Below, in pieces: positions 49,946-62,215 of a stretch of 64,000 nucleotides of DNA. Source of the stretch: Prorocentrum cordatum (lineage: Eukaryota). The stretch spans positions 1,550,001 to 1,614,000 of the forward strand of contig CAUYUJ010000002.1 in assembly GCA_963575745.1 (NCBI GenBank). Reading direction: 5' to 3'. Under the pieces are notes generated by a model. The model made no database searches and was not told the origin of the DNA. It saw nothing but the letters and a program-made list of their open reading frames with translations. The translations under genes and the position numbers were made by a program. Numbering within the stretch: position 1 is the first letter of the stretch; every line of letters begins with the position of its first letter.

Positions 49946-52682
49946 TCAGGGCGACGGGGGAGGCAGAGGTCCGTCGATGCGTCTGGCTCAAACTGACTCG
50001 GACATACAGTATGTTGACTGGGGGTCACTGTTGGCCGACCCTGCCGACAGCTCAGTTGCAGTTGTTAACTTCATGGTTTCCAGATACTTGAATGCCACTA
50101 TGTCCCTCGAGAATTATGCCGACGGGTTGTTCGAGGATATATTCACTGGCCACAGTGAGATCGATCTGGCAGACTGGCTGGGAATGCCCATCGCGGGGCG
50201 ACCTGCCGACATGGAATACGTCGACAACTTCCACAGGGAGATGACGCAATGGCGGTGGAACCCGCGGAATCAGAAGCCGTCATTCCTGCGACAGAGGAGG
50301 AAATACAATTGATGCTTCATCACCAGGTTATTGGTAACCCGACAAACATGGAATTGAATGATGATGACCCTTTGCGGGGAAAGCCGCGAGATGCTGGCGA
50401 TCTGTCTGAACGCATCCAGTTCGAGCTCGGCCACAACGAAGACTTTCAATATGCATTCGTAGCTTCGGACCGCCCCATGAGCCGCCAGGAGCGATCGGCA
50501 AGCCGCCCGACCTGGAGACGTAGGTATCGCGCTGACGACGATGACGAAGAATTGGATGATGACGCACGTCTGGTACGTCGCGGTCGGGTCCGCAGTGGCT
50601 CGCCCGACCGTGCGCGCGCGCTCCAGCGGCGCTCGATCTAGCGGCCTTCAGCGCCCTCGCCCTCCTGATGCGAGGGGGCCAAGGACCCCTCCAAGGAAGG
50701 GCAATAAGCCTGACGCTCCTCCGAGGAGGGAGCGCTTGCGGGGGCGCCCGCTTCGAGGGGGGGGGCTTCGCGAAGAATATCCAGAAGGCGAAATGCAGCG
50801 CCTAGTTGGCTGCTCGGATGCTGGATTGGTTCGTCAGCACATAGACCCAGATGCAATGCGGCACTGGTTGAACAAGGGTTGGGCGGTTGAGCACCGGATT
50901 CGCCACTGGGATTCTCTTCGCAATGTTGATCGAAATGAACAAGACAAGGTCATTCGCTCAAAAAGGACAGGGGCTGTCAATGCACAAAAAGCCCTTATGC
51001 AGCGCGACCTCGAGAGGGCCATCATCGAGGATTGGGAACTTTACAGCGGCGTTGTTTGCACATGCTTCGAGCATGCCGACCACGGGCTCGGCTGCCCCAT
51101 GAGACGCCCATCAGGGGGCCCCGACTTCCGCAAGACACCGTGGGTCTGGTCTCGCGGTGATGGCCAGGGATACTGCGTCGATCCGAATATAGCACCATGC
51201 AACGAGCAGTTGGCGGAAGACGACTACGAACAAGCTACAGCCCAAGAAATGTCCCAATCTATCGAGATTTGGAAAATCGTCCACCTGTTCGGTTTTTATA
51301 TACAAATCCAACCGCGATTACAATGCGGGGAAAACCGCTTCGCCCACGCCAGAAGAATACGACCAGCAAGAAGATGAAGCTGAATACATGGGCGAAGCGG
51401 TAGACCCCGCGGCAGCCGTTCCTGGAGGGCACGCCTCGGATTACTGCGACGCCCTCTCCACTGTCACGGACGTCACTTACGAAACGGACGCCCCCATTGA
51501 CCCAGTGGACATCGCCACGAAAGACATGGATCTCCCCCCAGGAAGAAGAGTCGTCTACCGTGCTGGATCTGTAGGCTGGGCAAAGACCACTATTAAAGGA
51601 AGGCTGAGCGCTGACAAATGACCTGACCGTTAGGGGCAAGGCTACCATCGGGAATCTGGCACTCAGAAAGCCCGATGGGGAGGGCCTCAACCCTGGCAGA
51701 GGGCCCGCGCGCTATGGGCCATGGGTACCCGCAGGGGCAACGCCAAATGTACCTCCTCCCAAGCCGAAGACAGGTCCACCTACTGATATATCTCCATCTT
51801 CGGATTCATCGAGTCAGTCTCAGCCACTCGGACCTGATCAGCTTGCTCCAACGCCTAAACAGAAGAAGAGGAAAAGCCCAGATGACCCCAATCTTGGAGA
51901 TCGCAAGCAACAGCGACCTGCGGGGCAACCTGCTGATCGACGTCGATCCAGAGGACCAGCAGTGGCTGCCGCAGCAGCTGCATTTCAAGGCGCCAGCACT
52001 CCTACTCCGCAGGGCCCTGTACCACGTCGCGGCCGCGCACCTGGCCGGGCACACAGGACTGGCTGGACGCCGACGCTGGAGGGATCATCGAGGGATGCTT
52101 CTTCATCGCGGCATGGTGCCAAGCAGAGGCGATTGGAAACTACGTCGAAGGCATCAGGGGCAGCTCCCAAAGATTAGAAGTGCGAGTACTACAACATCAG
52201 CGAGAAGAAACGTCCGGATTTCGACATCAGTACCCCTCCAAGGACCCCTTGGACGCTAAGAGGATCCACAGGCGCCGCCCCGCCATCGGCAGGCGCCCGC
52301 GCACCTGCAGCATCGGCAACAGCAAAGTCTGCAGGACGGACTGATGAGCAAGATCAGAGCTCCGCGGGGGCAACCTGCTCTTACTCTAGAAATGCCCGTT
52401 GAATGCCGACAGTCTTGGGAATGTATGCGCACCGCCAGGCGAACGAAGATCAACCCAGCATATCACCCCCGTATTGATGGTGGGTCTGATCGATGCATCG
52501 CGGCGGAGTGCGACATCATAGGCGCGGCCGTCATTGCCGATCAGGACGCTCATGCGCGCCAGGTTGCACGCAATATCCTGCGTGGGCGCTCGGCGATCAC
52601 GTATCTGTCCGAGAAGAACGACTTGATGGGGATCCTTAAGGCAGACAGAGCTGTTGGTCCAGATTTGACCGTTGAGGAGCAG

Positions 52683-53403
52683 CGCTGCTGCTCAGAATGT
52701 CTTATTACTGCTACTCGTCACAATTCATTTCACACCAACTACCTCTCTGATAGGTCTCTGAGAGCAGTACCGTCTTTCGTCGAATTCGATGGATGGGTGG
52801 AGCTCTCGGAGCTGCTTGACAAGTGGCCACCTGAGGGATGTGATCGTTACCGCACCAAACACCTGGAGACTGTCTGGCGTTGTCTCAGCACCCTCCATTC
52901 GGCATATCAAGCACTAGCTGTGCTGAACTTGATCGGCATGGTCGACAATGCTGGTGTGCCTCAGATGAAGAAGTGCAAGTTCGCTACCGAGATGTAAGAG
53001 ACATACTTCATACGCCCATGTAATGGACACAGCAGTCCTGATATATAATGCCCTGAATCATTGTACATGATGATAAGGGGTTTGACCATTCCAGGTGCAC
53101 CTTGTAATTTCGTTCGTGGTACCCAATGGGAACATACCCCGAATATATTTCGCGTAGGACTGTCATGCCGTGCCGGCGACACCATCAAGAGAAAAAGGCA
53201 GACAGTTTGTTCATGCTTGCCCATATTTACCTAGTGACAACAGAATCCAGTCCGGCTAGCGCGTCGACTCCGACGTATTATGTATGGTTAGTCTGAAGAA
53301 CTTGTTTCGTGATAATGTGGCTATTTGGCGCTCAGCAAATAATATTATAATGTCGGCAGGCCGGAACGGCAGAATTCTTCCGACCCACACCGTCCAGATC
53401 ATA
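52683..53403 (+). pseudogene. Tpt1/KptA-like NAD-dependent RNA 2'-phosphotransferase (ADP-ribosyltransferase fold) domain within the retroelement
   Basis: Manual translation gives SECLITATRH (RH 52716-52721), DGWVELSELL (52788), IRPCNGHS (53010-53033) and FVRGTQWEHTPNIFRVGL (53109-53162). After a +1 shift in the A-run at 53192-53196 it continues GRQFVH, IQSG*RVDSDVLCMVSL, IWRSANNIIMSAGRNGRILP. All family motifs are present in order. Confidence 0.8.
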
Positions 53404-55711
53404 GGCATTCTTTCCCAACGAGAAGCGCAGGTATAATCGCGTGGGACATGTATGAATCAATCCTTTATACTTGGGGCAACGCGCAGAAATATACGAACAG
53501 TGATTTTACCCTCGACGAGTTGTGCGAATTTCAAAATGGCGCATCATCGTCGAAGGATTGGTTTATTCCAAAAGCCATACAATTTGGAGTGCCCCGAACC
53601 GACGCCTATCCAGGAGGTCGAGTTCTCTACGGTATCTATGATGAAAGAAGGGTACCAAGCGGAGACACTTGCAGGGGGATCCGACGGATCATGGATTCAG
53701 GCCCAGAGCGCGGACGTGACTGGTATGACATCGAGTGGGATTACTCCCAACGACATGCTGTACGCCAGCGATCCGTGGCGTGCCCAGACGCAGCACCTGC
53801 CAGTACCTGCAGGGCAACCTGCGCCGTTTGAACTTATGAGTAGGGCCACAACTCCCTTTGGGACTCCACAGAGTGCTGGGAGCACCAACAGCCTACAGGC
53901 GAGGCTCCAGAGCATTCGGATGGACCTACAGCTCTACCAGGCTTTGCAGGCGACGTCGCCGTTCGCATCGCCGCGTCCACGCGCGGGGCAACCTGATTTC
54001 CCTGACCACAGCGCTGCACAGAGGACCGAGAGTTTGGCTGGTCAGCAAGAGTGGATGCACCGGCACATGCGCGAAGCCGCACAGAGCATGCGCAGGGGCG
54101 GCATCGACCTCCCCAGCGCTAGCTGGACGCCACCTTGGGAGTATGTCCCGGACCCAAATCCATCGCCGGACAACGCCAATAGGTACTGATACGTGCCAGC
54201 ATTTTTCAGTCATCCGACATGCGATCCGACAGCTGCAGGGCGCCCTACAGCACCACCGATGGACTTCCCATTGTACCCCTACTAGCATGCTCAGGTGACG
54301 GGCAACCCTCGCGCGGGAACGCAGCCGGAGAACCCGCGTGTACGAGCGACAGCCGACGACTTCTATCAGTCTCACTTGGCACGCGGCTGTAGTTACACGT
54401 CAGGTGGGTGGGCCAGATCCCTCATTATGGATATTTGCTTACCCCCATGGTCTCAGATGTGACTGAACAGGCCCCTAGCCTGGTAGCGCCATCGCCCATG
54501 GGGGAGTTGCGACAGATTCTGGCCACTCACGAGGCGCAGCAGGCCAACCTCTCAATGCAATTGGCCCGCCAGCGTCGCAATCATGAGCGCCAAGCAAACA
54601 GGATGCTGGGTCGTGCGGGGCAACCTGCTACTCCAATCATAGCAGGGACACCTGCATTCAACCTGGCAGCACTTGCAGCCATGAAGCCACCGTCGGTTCC
54701 ACCGATCCAGTGAGGTTGGCGAAACCACTCTGGAGCGCCAGGCGCGTATCAGGCCATCGGCAACACCGCTGGTCATCAGCGACGGTGACTTTACAAGTGT
54801 GTCATATGCCTGGACCACTTCATGCATCACGACGGTCTGGGGGCTTCAGTGTGGTCACAGTGATGGGACCGAGTGGCGCACGCTCATGTGGACAGGCAGT
54901 TGGCTGGTACTCTGGAAGGTGCTGCAACTGAGGCGTCCTGCGCAATTTGCAGGGTCGCTGGTCCAATCGCAGCTGAGTTTCATTATGGCCTTGCTGGAGA
55001 TCAAGATGCAGCAAAACGTCATGGAGAAATAGTCCGGGGGGCTAGCGAACTCAGGGACCTTCGCGGAGAGCTCAACCGCAGCACGGCGATCATCAGCCAA
55101 CGCGGTGCATGCGACGGCAGCTACCACGCCTGCTATGGATACGCCTATGCCATTGATCGCAGAAACAGCCAACAGCGCAGGGACACCTGCTACGACTGCA
55201 CCTGCCGCGTTGCCGGCCAACCATACCTGGCTGAGGCGTGCGGAGAGAGCCACAGAGAGGAGCGCGCAGTGGCTTCAAGCTCCACGTACCTACATGCCAT
55301 ATGGGAGAGACATCCGCCCGCGCAGCCAGCGCAGGACGGAGGGCTCGGCGAGCGTACGCAGCGGCATCAGTGCGATATCCGAGCGCGACATGTTACACAC
55401 TGTGTTGATGGTGCACACAGATGGCCAGATAGGCATGCGCGCTGACGAGGATGCGTTCATGAACGTGCCGCTCGCATCTGCACCGCACCCGCACATGCAT
55501 GACGAGTGTCCTACGGCTTGGATGTTCGAGAAGAGCCCCACTACGGAGGAGGAGGCCCGCGGATACATGAACGTCTTCACGTCTCTGACCCCTGAACGAC
55601 TGGGTGGCGGAGCAGAGGCGCCGCAAGGGTATGCATGGTACGACGCTGTCTGAAGTGCCAGGAATATTCGGATAATGCCATGAATGGGCCCTAGCCGCGA
55701 ACAGTGGGACC

Positions 55712-56200
55712 ATGGCGCAAGGAACGTTGACGATCCTTCTGGACATCAGCAGCAACATCAACATCATTGGTCTGAAAACGGCACAGACGTTTGAACGCGC
55801 ATCCCGCTCCCATGGACACGATATCAGGAAGCTGAACCTGACGAAGAGGCTCTACGTGTCTGGAGTTGGACACGATGCCGCTGCATGCGGCAAGTCCTTG
55901 CACTGCAGAATTGCTTGCAAAGAAAAAAGGAGATCCGGCGGGGGGGCCTGCTGTGCCGAGATGTGATACCTACTCAGCCAACGTGTCTGAGGGTTCAGGG
56001 GAAAATGTCTTTGCTATCCTGGGTCTGAGGAGTATGTTTACCATGGGGGCTATCCTGATCTTGGAGCAGGGGGCACGAGAAGATGGTCATCCCTGGCTCA
56101 TATGTACAAGCTCTTCCTTGGTAAGGTTGCCAGAGTACTTGATTTGATGAAAGCGCTCTCAGGGCACCTGGCGCTCAAGGTCGACGAGTGCGGGACCACA
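55712..56200 (+). pseudogene. Retropepsin-like aspartic protease, frameshifted
   Basis: ILLDISSNINIIG (D 55742, degenerate D-x-G) and flap-like VSGVG. After a shift in the A-run at ~55920: AILGLRSM...AILIL, then SGHLALKVDE. Confidence 0.65.
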
Positions 56201-56914
56201 ACTGAGGACAAAAGGTCGATGTCGTTTGTTTTCACGGCCAACCCTCACTGCGAGGATGCCCCGCTGCTCGTCAAAGAAGCAGCTGACACAGAGCCAGTCG
56301 CGGGGCAACCTGCTTCGAGTAGTGCGGTGACACCTGCTATGAGCGATGCCCGTTCGTACATGCCGTCTCAGGATACCAAGGGCATCAGCTTCTCCATCAA
56401 CGAATTTCGCGATCCAGTCTTTGGTGAATAACACCTTGAAGACCTGGCATGACAGGAACGCGACCTTCGGGTGCATACCCGCACCGGCCGACCAGGACTT
56501 CGCCTTGCGGAACTTGCAGGCGAAGGTCTATCAGGCCATCTACGAGGAGGGCAATAAGTGGATACCGCCCGACGCGAACGCAGGGGCATCTGCGGGTGGA
56601 ATGGATGCCGCTGAGAAGTTTGATATCTTTACTTCCAGCAGCGGTTCAGCAGCGCAGCATGGCACGGGCATTTGGACGCCCCCATCGCTTGAAAATGAGT
56701 AACGGGGGCAGGCGCGCGCCGCGGCCGCCCGCGCCTGCTCCGACTGGCCGAACACTTTGGCGCTGTCATCTAGCGCGGGTAAACTTGCATTATTTTCTCA
56801 GGCGCCGGCTGCGCGCGCCAGGGACATTTGCAAGCCCGGCTGCGCGGCTGCCAAGGACAGCAGTGGGCCCGGCTGCGTGGCCGCTGCAGCACATGAACGC
56901 TCATCGCATTATTA

Positions 56915-57520
56915 TCACTCTCGTGCACTTGTCGTTGAGGACATGCGGACAGCTTGCGCTGAACTCCGAGCTCGTGGTTACATGTGTGACCGCATCGCAC
57001 ATACAGAGATTATGACATCTACTGGTACACAGTTTTTGGGTGCTCTACTCTCGGGGGGTTATCAATTGCCATGGGTGGCAACGCCCGCTGACTGGCACGT
57101 TCGGCTGCCTGGGAAGCGGGCAGGGCCGCATGGCCAACGCATCCGAAATCTGATGACTCAGGCTCGGGCTCTACGTATGTCTACTGTACTTGTGACCACC
57201 AGGTTATTTCTGGAAACAGGGTCCCATACGAGATGTCATTGAATATCTCGACTTGCAGGTCATGCGTATGCGATGCTGCCATCTCGGTCTGGAATGCGAC
57301 CATTCCAGTAAATTGCCTAGCGGATCATATCTGCAAGTGGCAACTACCTTCACGCGCATCCCAACCAACTTGTGGAGATGTACGTGTCAAACCGCAGGGG
57401 AACCTGCTCGACTTGCTGAGCATGAACTTGACTGGCATAGCCCAGGCGCCCAGAAGGCAGAATGGCGCAACAACACATTGGCTATCATGACCGCGAGATT
57501 GATTGATCAAATGGAGTTAT
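56915..57520 (+). pseudogene. Possible second, highly diverged DNMT-like domain
   Basis: ALVVED...ELRARGY, QLPWVATP, MRCCHLGL and WRCTC...H parallel the motif order of the DNMT at 58237-58860, but the catalytic PC and ENP motifs are missing. Confidence 0.3.
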
Positions 57521-58236
57521 ACAACACAAAGAGAAACCACGCGAGTAGTATACACCGTAGCATTCACACACGAGTGGATAAAGGAGCTCGAACTTACGTC
57601 CAGTCTCCAAAGAATGGCCCTGAATGGGACCATGTCGCACGACCTGTAACGGTGAACCTGGGCGACAATCAGATTATACAAGACCTCAAGATCTAGGAAA
57701 AGCTTATCGGGTGCAATTTCAATGCGCCGTTACCGAATGGCGAAACAAACATTCGTACTCGGTTATACTAGGAACCGCCAGAACTGGTTCTCATCGGACA
57801 AGAGGACCAGCGACCACGCCCAAGGCGAGTTGCGTTCGTCGACGACGATCGCCCCCCTCCCCCTTCGATTGAGCGCGGCCGCGTGCCCCCTTCTATTCCC
57901 GAATTCCCGACGTCAGGTTCACATGGTACTGAACAACAGACAGCACTACCGACAGATGCCCGAATCAAACACAAGGAATATCATAATGCCAACAAAGAGG
58001 CGAGCATCAAGCCACGCAAGATACCGAAGGTAGCCGAAGAAGGCAACGACGACTGCGGGGATGACCTCAAAGGTGCCAGCTATAGTGCGCACTACACCGA
58101 CGTTCCCCTTGACTCCGACACGAAAAGCGTTGATGAGGAGGAAGCCTTCATCCGATTATTTGCGGGGCTACCTGCTGAAGCATACGCAGATGTATTCTCC
58201 ATAATCCCAGCGTTATGCCATGGACGACACAACAAG

Positions 58237-58860
58237 GTTGACATGTTGGAACTGTGTGGAGGAAGTGGAGGTACATCGCAGCTAGCACTCAGCCGGGGTT
58301 TGTCTTCCGAGGGGAACTTTGACAACCGTTCATGCGTTGACCTGGGAAACAAGGAGGTCCAGGATGCAGTGATGCGCTACCTGGACGCGTGCTTCGGCAA
58401 TTGTGTCATGCGGTCACCCAATTGCAGAACGACCCGACTCCCATAGTTCAAATCCCAAGTCAACTATGACGCTTGACATGAACACCACGTAGAAGATCTT
58501 CAACACATCAAGGTCTGTGGAAAAGTTGCCATGCGTCAGAACGACCTTCGACGCTTTCACATACGAGAACAACCAGTGGGTACTTGGGTGGATCAGATAC
58601 CACCATGGACCACATTGGCCATATGCAAGGGCACCTGCCAGGTGCACATGGATTGATGTACTACTGGCTTACGTGATTCCCATGGGGTATTGATACGAAA
58701 ACCGACCGAGATCATGGCCAACCACCGTCTTCTACTGACGCCTTTTGAACGAAAACGATGTGCTGGCCATTATAAAAATGCGTCGGTCTGTAGCAAAGAA
58801 CTGTCCACGGCTGCGCATTCTACTTCAAGGATGCAGTCTCTTTTCGTCGACGCAGTTCAG
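58237..58860 (+). pseudogene. C5 cytosine DNA methyltransferase-like domain with in-frame stops
   Basis: Single frame: VDMLELCGG (motif I, 58237-58263), SPNC (motif IV-like), REQP (motif VI-like, 58564-58575), MD*CTTGLRD and IRKPT (motif VIII-like), RCAGH. Stops at 58444, 58474 and 58654. Confidence 0.7.
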
Positions 58861-59610
58861 ATCGCGCACGACCATTTCCAAGTCAACCGTGATCCCTTTC
58901 ATTGTCACCCATATTCTTCCACCGTGCTAGTCACTCACGTGATGGGATATGATTTGAACGATCCAACTATCCCTTGAAAACCCGACGGGTCGATCACGAG
59001 ACCGCCTTCGGGAGGGTTAGGATGCCTTGCATGCGCGGATAGCGATAACATGCGCTTTCCCTCGCATGACAGAAACCCTGAGCATTGCAGGCGGTATGAT
59101 AAGGAAGACTACCATTGGGAATGTCCGAGCTGCGAGAAGAACTACGGCCATAACAAGCCTGGACATGCACGGATACATGGCAAATGCAAGTTTGCCAAAC
59201 CTTGGAAGGTGTCCGACAATCGCGGACAGGCACCACTGGCTCCTGCCGATCCAGCAGCACCACCGCCCGAGGCACAAGCCGCACCACCACTTGTGCGGCC
59301 ACGAGCACCAAGACCCGGCTCTAGAGCCGGACCCACAGCGGGTGCCAGCAGCCACGACATTACAGTCGCCAGACATGCTGCCGAACCTGCTGCAGGGCAA
59401 CCTGCCTCGAGTGGAGCGGGTAGTTCGGATGGCCACATCCGACTGCCACAGGTCAGAGTCAGATGTTACCGACAGCAAGGAGGATATCCACCTTTACCGC
59501 CACCTGCGGGTAACCCTGCTGGACGCCCGCGACTTCCAGACTGGTCAAGGTTCGGCGTGCAAGTCAGTCTACACAACTTACGATGCCTTGATCCAAGCGT
59601 GGCAACACGC

Positions 59611-60600
59611 GAGCTGCGGAAGCTACTTTTGTGTTGGTCCCATGCGAAAGAGCCTGAGGTGAGACTCATCTTAACCAAGATAGGTCTGGACAGCGTCAGA
59701 CTCAAGCTGATCAGCGGTGTCTGCGACACATGTCGGGAGTGCAGGGCTTGGGACAAGCTTGGGCATGCGGTTATGCCATCTACTGCACTGCCTGGCAAGT
59801 TCCAAGCAGAAGTTGAATGTCACCTCCTGTTCTACGAACAAGAACATAACATACTTCATAGCATCGATCGTTGCATTCGCTATGCTACTGGAATGGAGAT
59901 ACCGAACACGACAATGACCAGTATCCTGGATGCGTACCATCAGTACTGGATGCAGTTTGGACCCGCAAAGGTATTCTACTCCGATGGAGAGGGCACCCTC
60001 AACAACGACACTGCGAATGCAGTCCTTAAGGCAAAGGTCGCTGAATGAAGGATACGTGCGCGTGGACGACACGCTACGACGATCGAAGCCATACATGGCA
60101 TTTTGCGCCATCTACTCCATGTCATGGAAGCAGAACTCGACAGGTTAGATATACGTCAGTGTTCACACGACTACTGCATGAAGCCTTGTTTGCCGCCAAC
60201 GCGCTCACCTTTTTATAATGAGTTGTTTCCATGCAGCGGTCTGTTTCGACGGCGACCGGCATTGCTCCCTGACTTGCTCAGTTCTCCTGGGTCACGAGCA
60301 GCCGACGGAAACGTCGGATCATTCTCGTGAACAGATGATGCGCAAGGTCTGCTTCGAAGCTATCACGCAGGCCACTGCAGTAGCCAAGACCAATCGCGCA
60401 TTACGCACCATCACCAGTCACCACTACTACGATGAAGCAGATTTAGTCGATTACCATCGCCCCACAACCACGAAGGACAACTGGGGCGGCTGGAATGGCC
60501 CATTCCCGGCCGCGCGAAACGATCCCTGCAGGGGTCAAGTCATCATTGGAGCGGGAAGCCGCGACGTTCAGGCACAACGCGGCGATTTACGACATTCGCT
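59611..60600 (+). pseudogene. Retroviral-type integrase (HHCC + DDE core + C-terminal domain), decayed
   Basis: ELRKLLLCWSHA...CDTCREC zinc domain, VECHLLFY (first D now H at 59821), IDRCIRY, FYSDGEG (D 59983), HATTIE (E 60085) and downstream DLVDYHRP...WNGP. Confidence 0.8.
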
Positions 60601-61634
60601 TTATATTGAAGCTTTGATAGCCAGAGAGATTGGCTCCGACTACACTGCACTACGGACAGTGTTGACGTTTGTGGCCAGTTTACCTGCGGGGGGACCTGCC
60701 ATGACATTTGGCTATGTCCCGACCAAGAAGGGAACGCTTCAGATGACAAGTGCAAGCCGACTATCTCCTAAGGTACATCTGGCTTTACAGTACCTCATCA
60801 GAAACTTCTTCCGCGTCGAGAACGTAGTTTTGGTTAGGTTAGCCGAGAATATCCACGAGCAACCTCCGGTGGCTTACGCTGACAGTTGCACATTGGTCCA
60901 CTATGACAACGATGCGAACCCGGGGCTTCACTATGATGGGGCAGAAGGCGCGGCTCTCAACATGCACGATATGAACGGACCAGCACATTCAATAATCATC
61001 CAGTGCCTGAAGTCCACCGAACCTCAAGCGGGCTTCGACCAGGATATGACAAAGTTTGAGGAATTGGTTGATATACCGACACAGGGCGGAAACGCAAGAG
61101 AAGCCCCAGAAGCCGAACCACCGCAGGAGGATGGGCGGCTTCCCACGATACATGAGGAATCGGAGGCTGACTTCGAGGCACATATTATAAAAGTGTGGTA
61201 CACAGAACTACAAGATGAAAGGGAGCTACTGGAGGCAACTCCACTAGAGGACCTTTTCACCGTACCCGCGCAGATGATTCCAGACGACAGTGCGCTGATC
61301 ATTGTTGCTGAAGAAGAACAGCGGGGACACCTGCCTAAGTGGGGGCACCCGCGCGACTCCGACACCGAGGAGGCGCATCATGCCCCATTGTGCTCCACGG
61401 TCGAAGACTGCAGTTTTGGACTGGGCTCGGACGAAAACGGACAATATGTAGAATTCTGTTTTGCGGCAGAAGTGTCAAAGCTAGTTAGTCCTACCCGAAC
61501 AGCAGCACAGGTTATTCCCCACATGCTTCGTGGGTTTCTGGTTTTCTGCCTTGCCTTGCCGCGCCCGCGACGCTCGCACCTCGCACCTCCCTCTCCGTCT
61601 CCTTCTCACACACCTCACTCGACCCCTCCTCCTC

Positions 61635-62215
61635 GCAGCACTGCTCAGCACAGCTCAGCTCAGCTCAGCTCAGCTCGGCGCGGCACGGCACAGCTGAGCA
61701 CAGCTCAGCTCAGCCCAACTCAGCACAGCACAGCACAGCACAGCACGGCAGAGCACGGCACAGCACAGCTCACCGCACAGCAGCACAGCACAGCACAGCA
61801 CAGCATAGCACACAGGGCATTCCTTCGACGCCACAGGGGGTGCGCTGGGGGTGGGGGCCCTATGCGTTGTAGGCTCCCAGGGCGCGGGAGGCGCGGCATT
61901 TCCTCGACGCCACAGGGGGTGCGCTGGGGGTGGGGGCCACGTGCGCTGTACGCTCCCAGGGCGTGGGGGGCGTGGCATGTCCTCGACGCCATAGGGGGTG
62001 CGCTGGGGGCGGGGGCCCTCGCTGTAGGCTCCCAGGGCGTGGCAGGCGTGGCGTCTTCTTGACGCCATAGGGGGTGCGCACGGGGTGGTCCCTGAGCGCG
62101 GCCGCTATCCGTGACGGTCGCCCAGGGCGCAGCAGGCGCGGCGTCTTCTCGACACCGCAGGGGGTGCGCACGGGGTGGTCCTTGAGCGCGGCCGCTATCC
62201 GCGACGGTCGTCCTT
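61635..62215. repeat. (CAGCA/CAGCT)n pentamer tract followed by CCTCGACGCCACAGGGGGTGCGC ~80-bp tandem units
   Basis: Pentamers at 61635-61815; five related units at 61820-62215. Confidence 0.85.

Larger units (their letters stand above)
48040..61490 (+). mobile_element. Large decayed Copia-order LTR-type retroelement, 3'-truncated (no RT or LTR pair visible)
   Basis: Non-repetitive 13.4-kb block with collinear + strand domains: gag, CCHC knuckle, Tpt1/KptA-like, retropepsin, DNMT, zinc fingers, integrase. Many stops and frameshifts. Boundaries are approximate. Confidence 0.8.
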
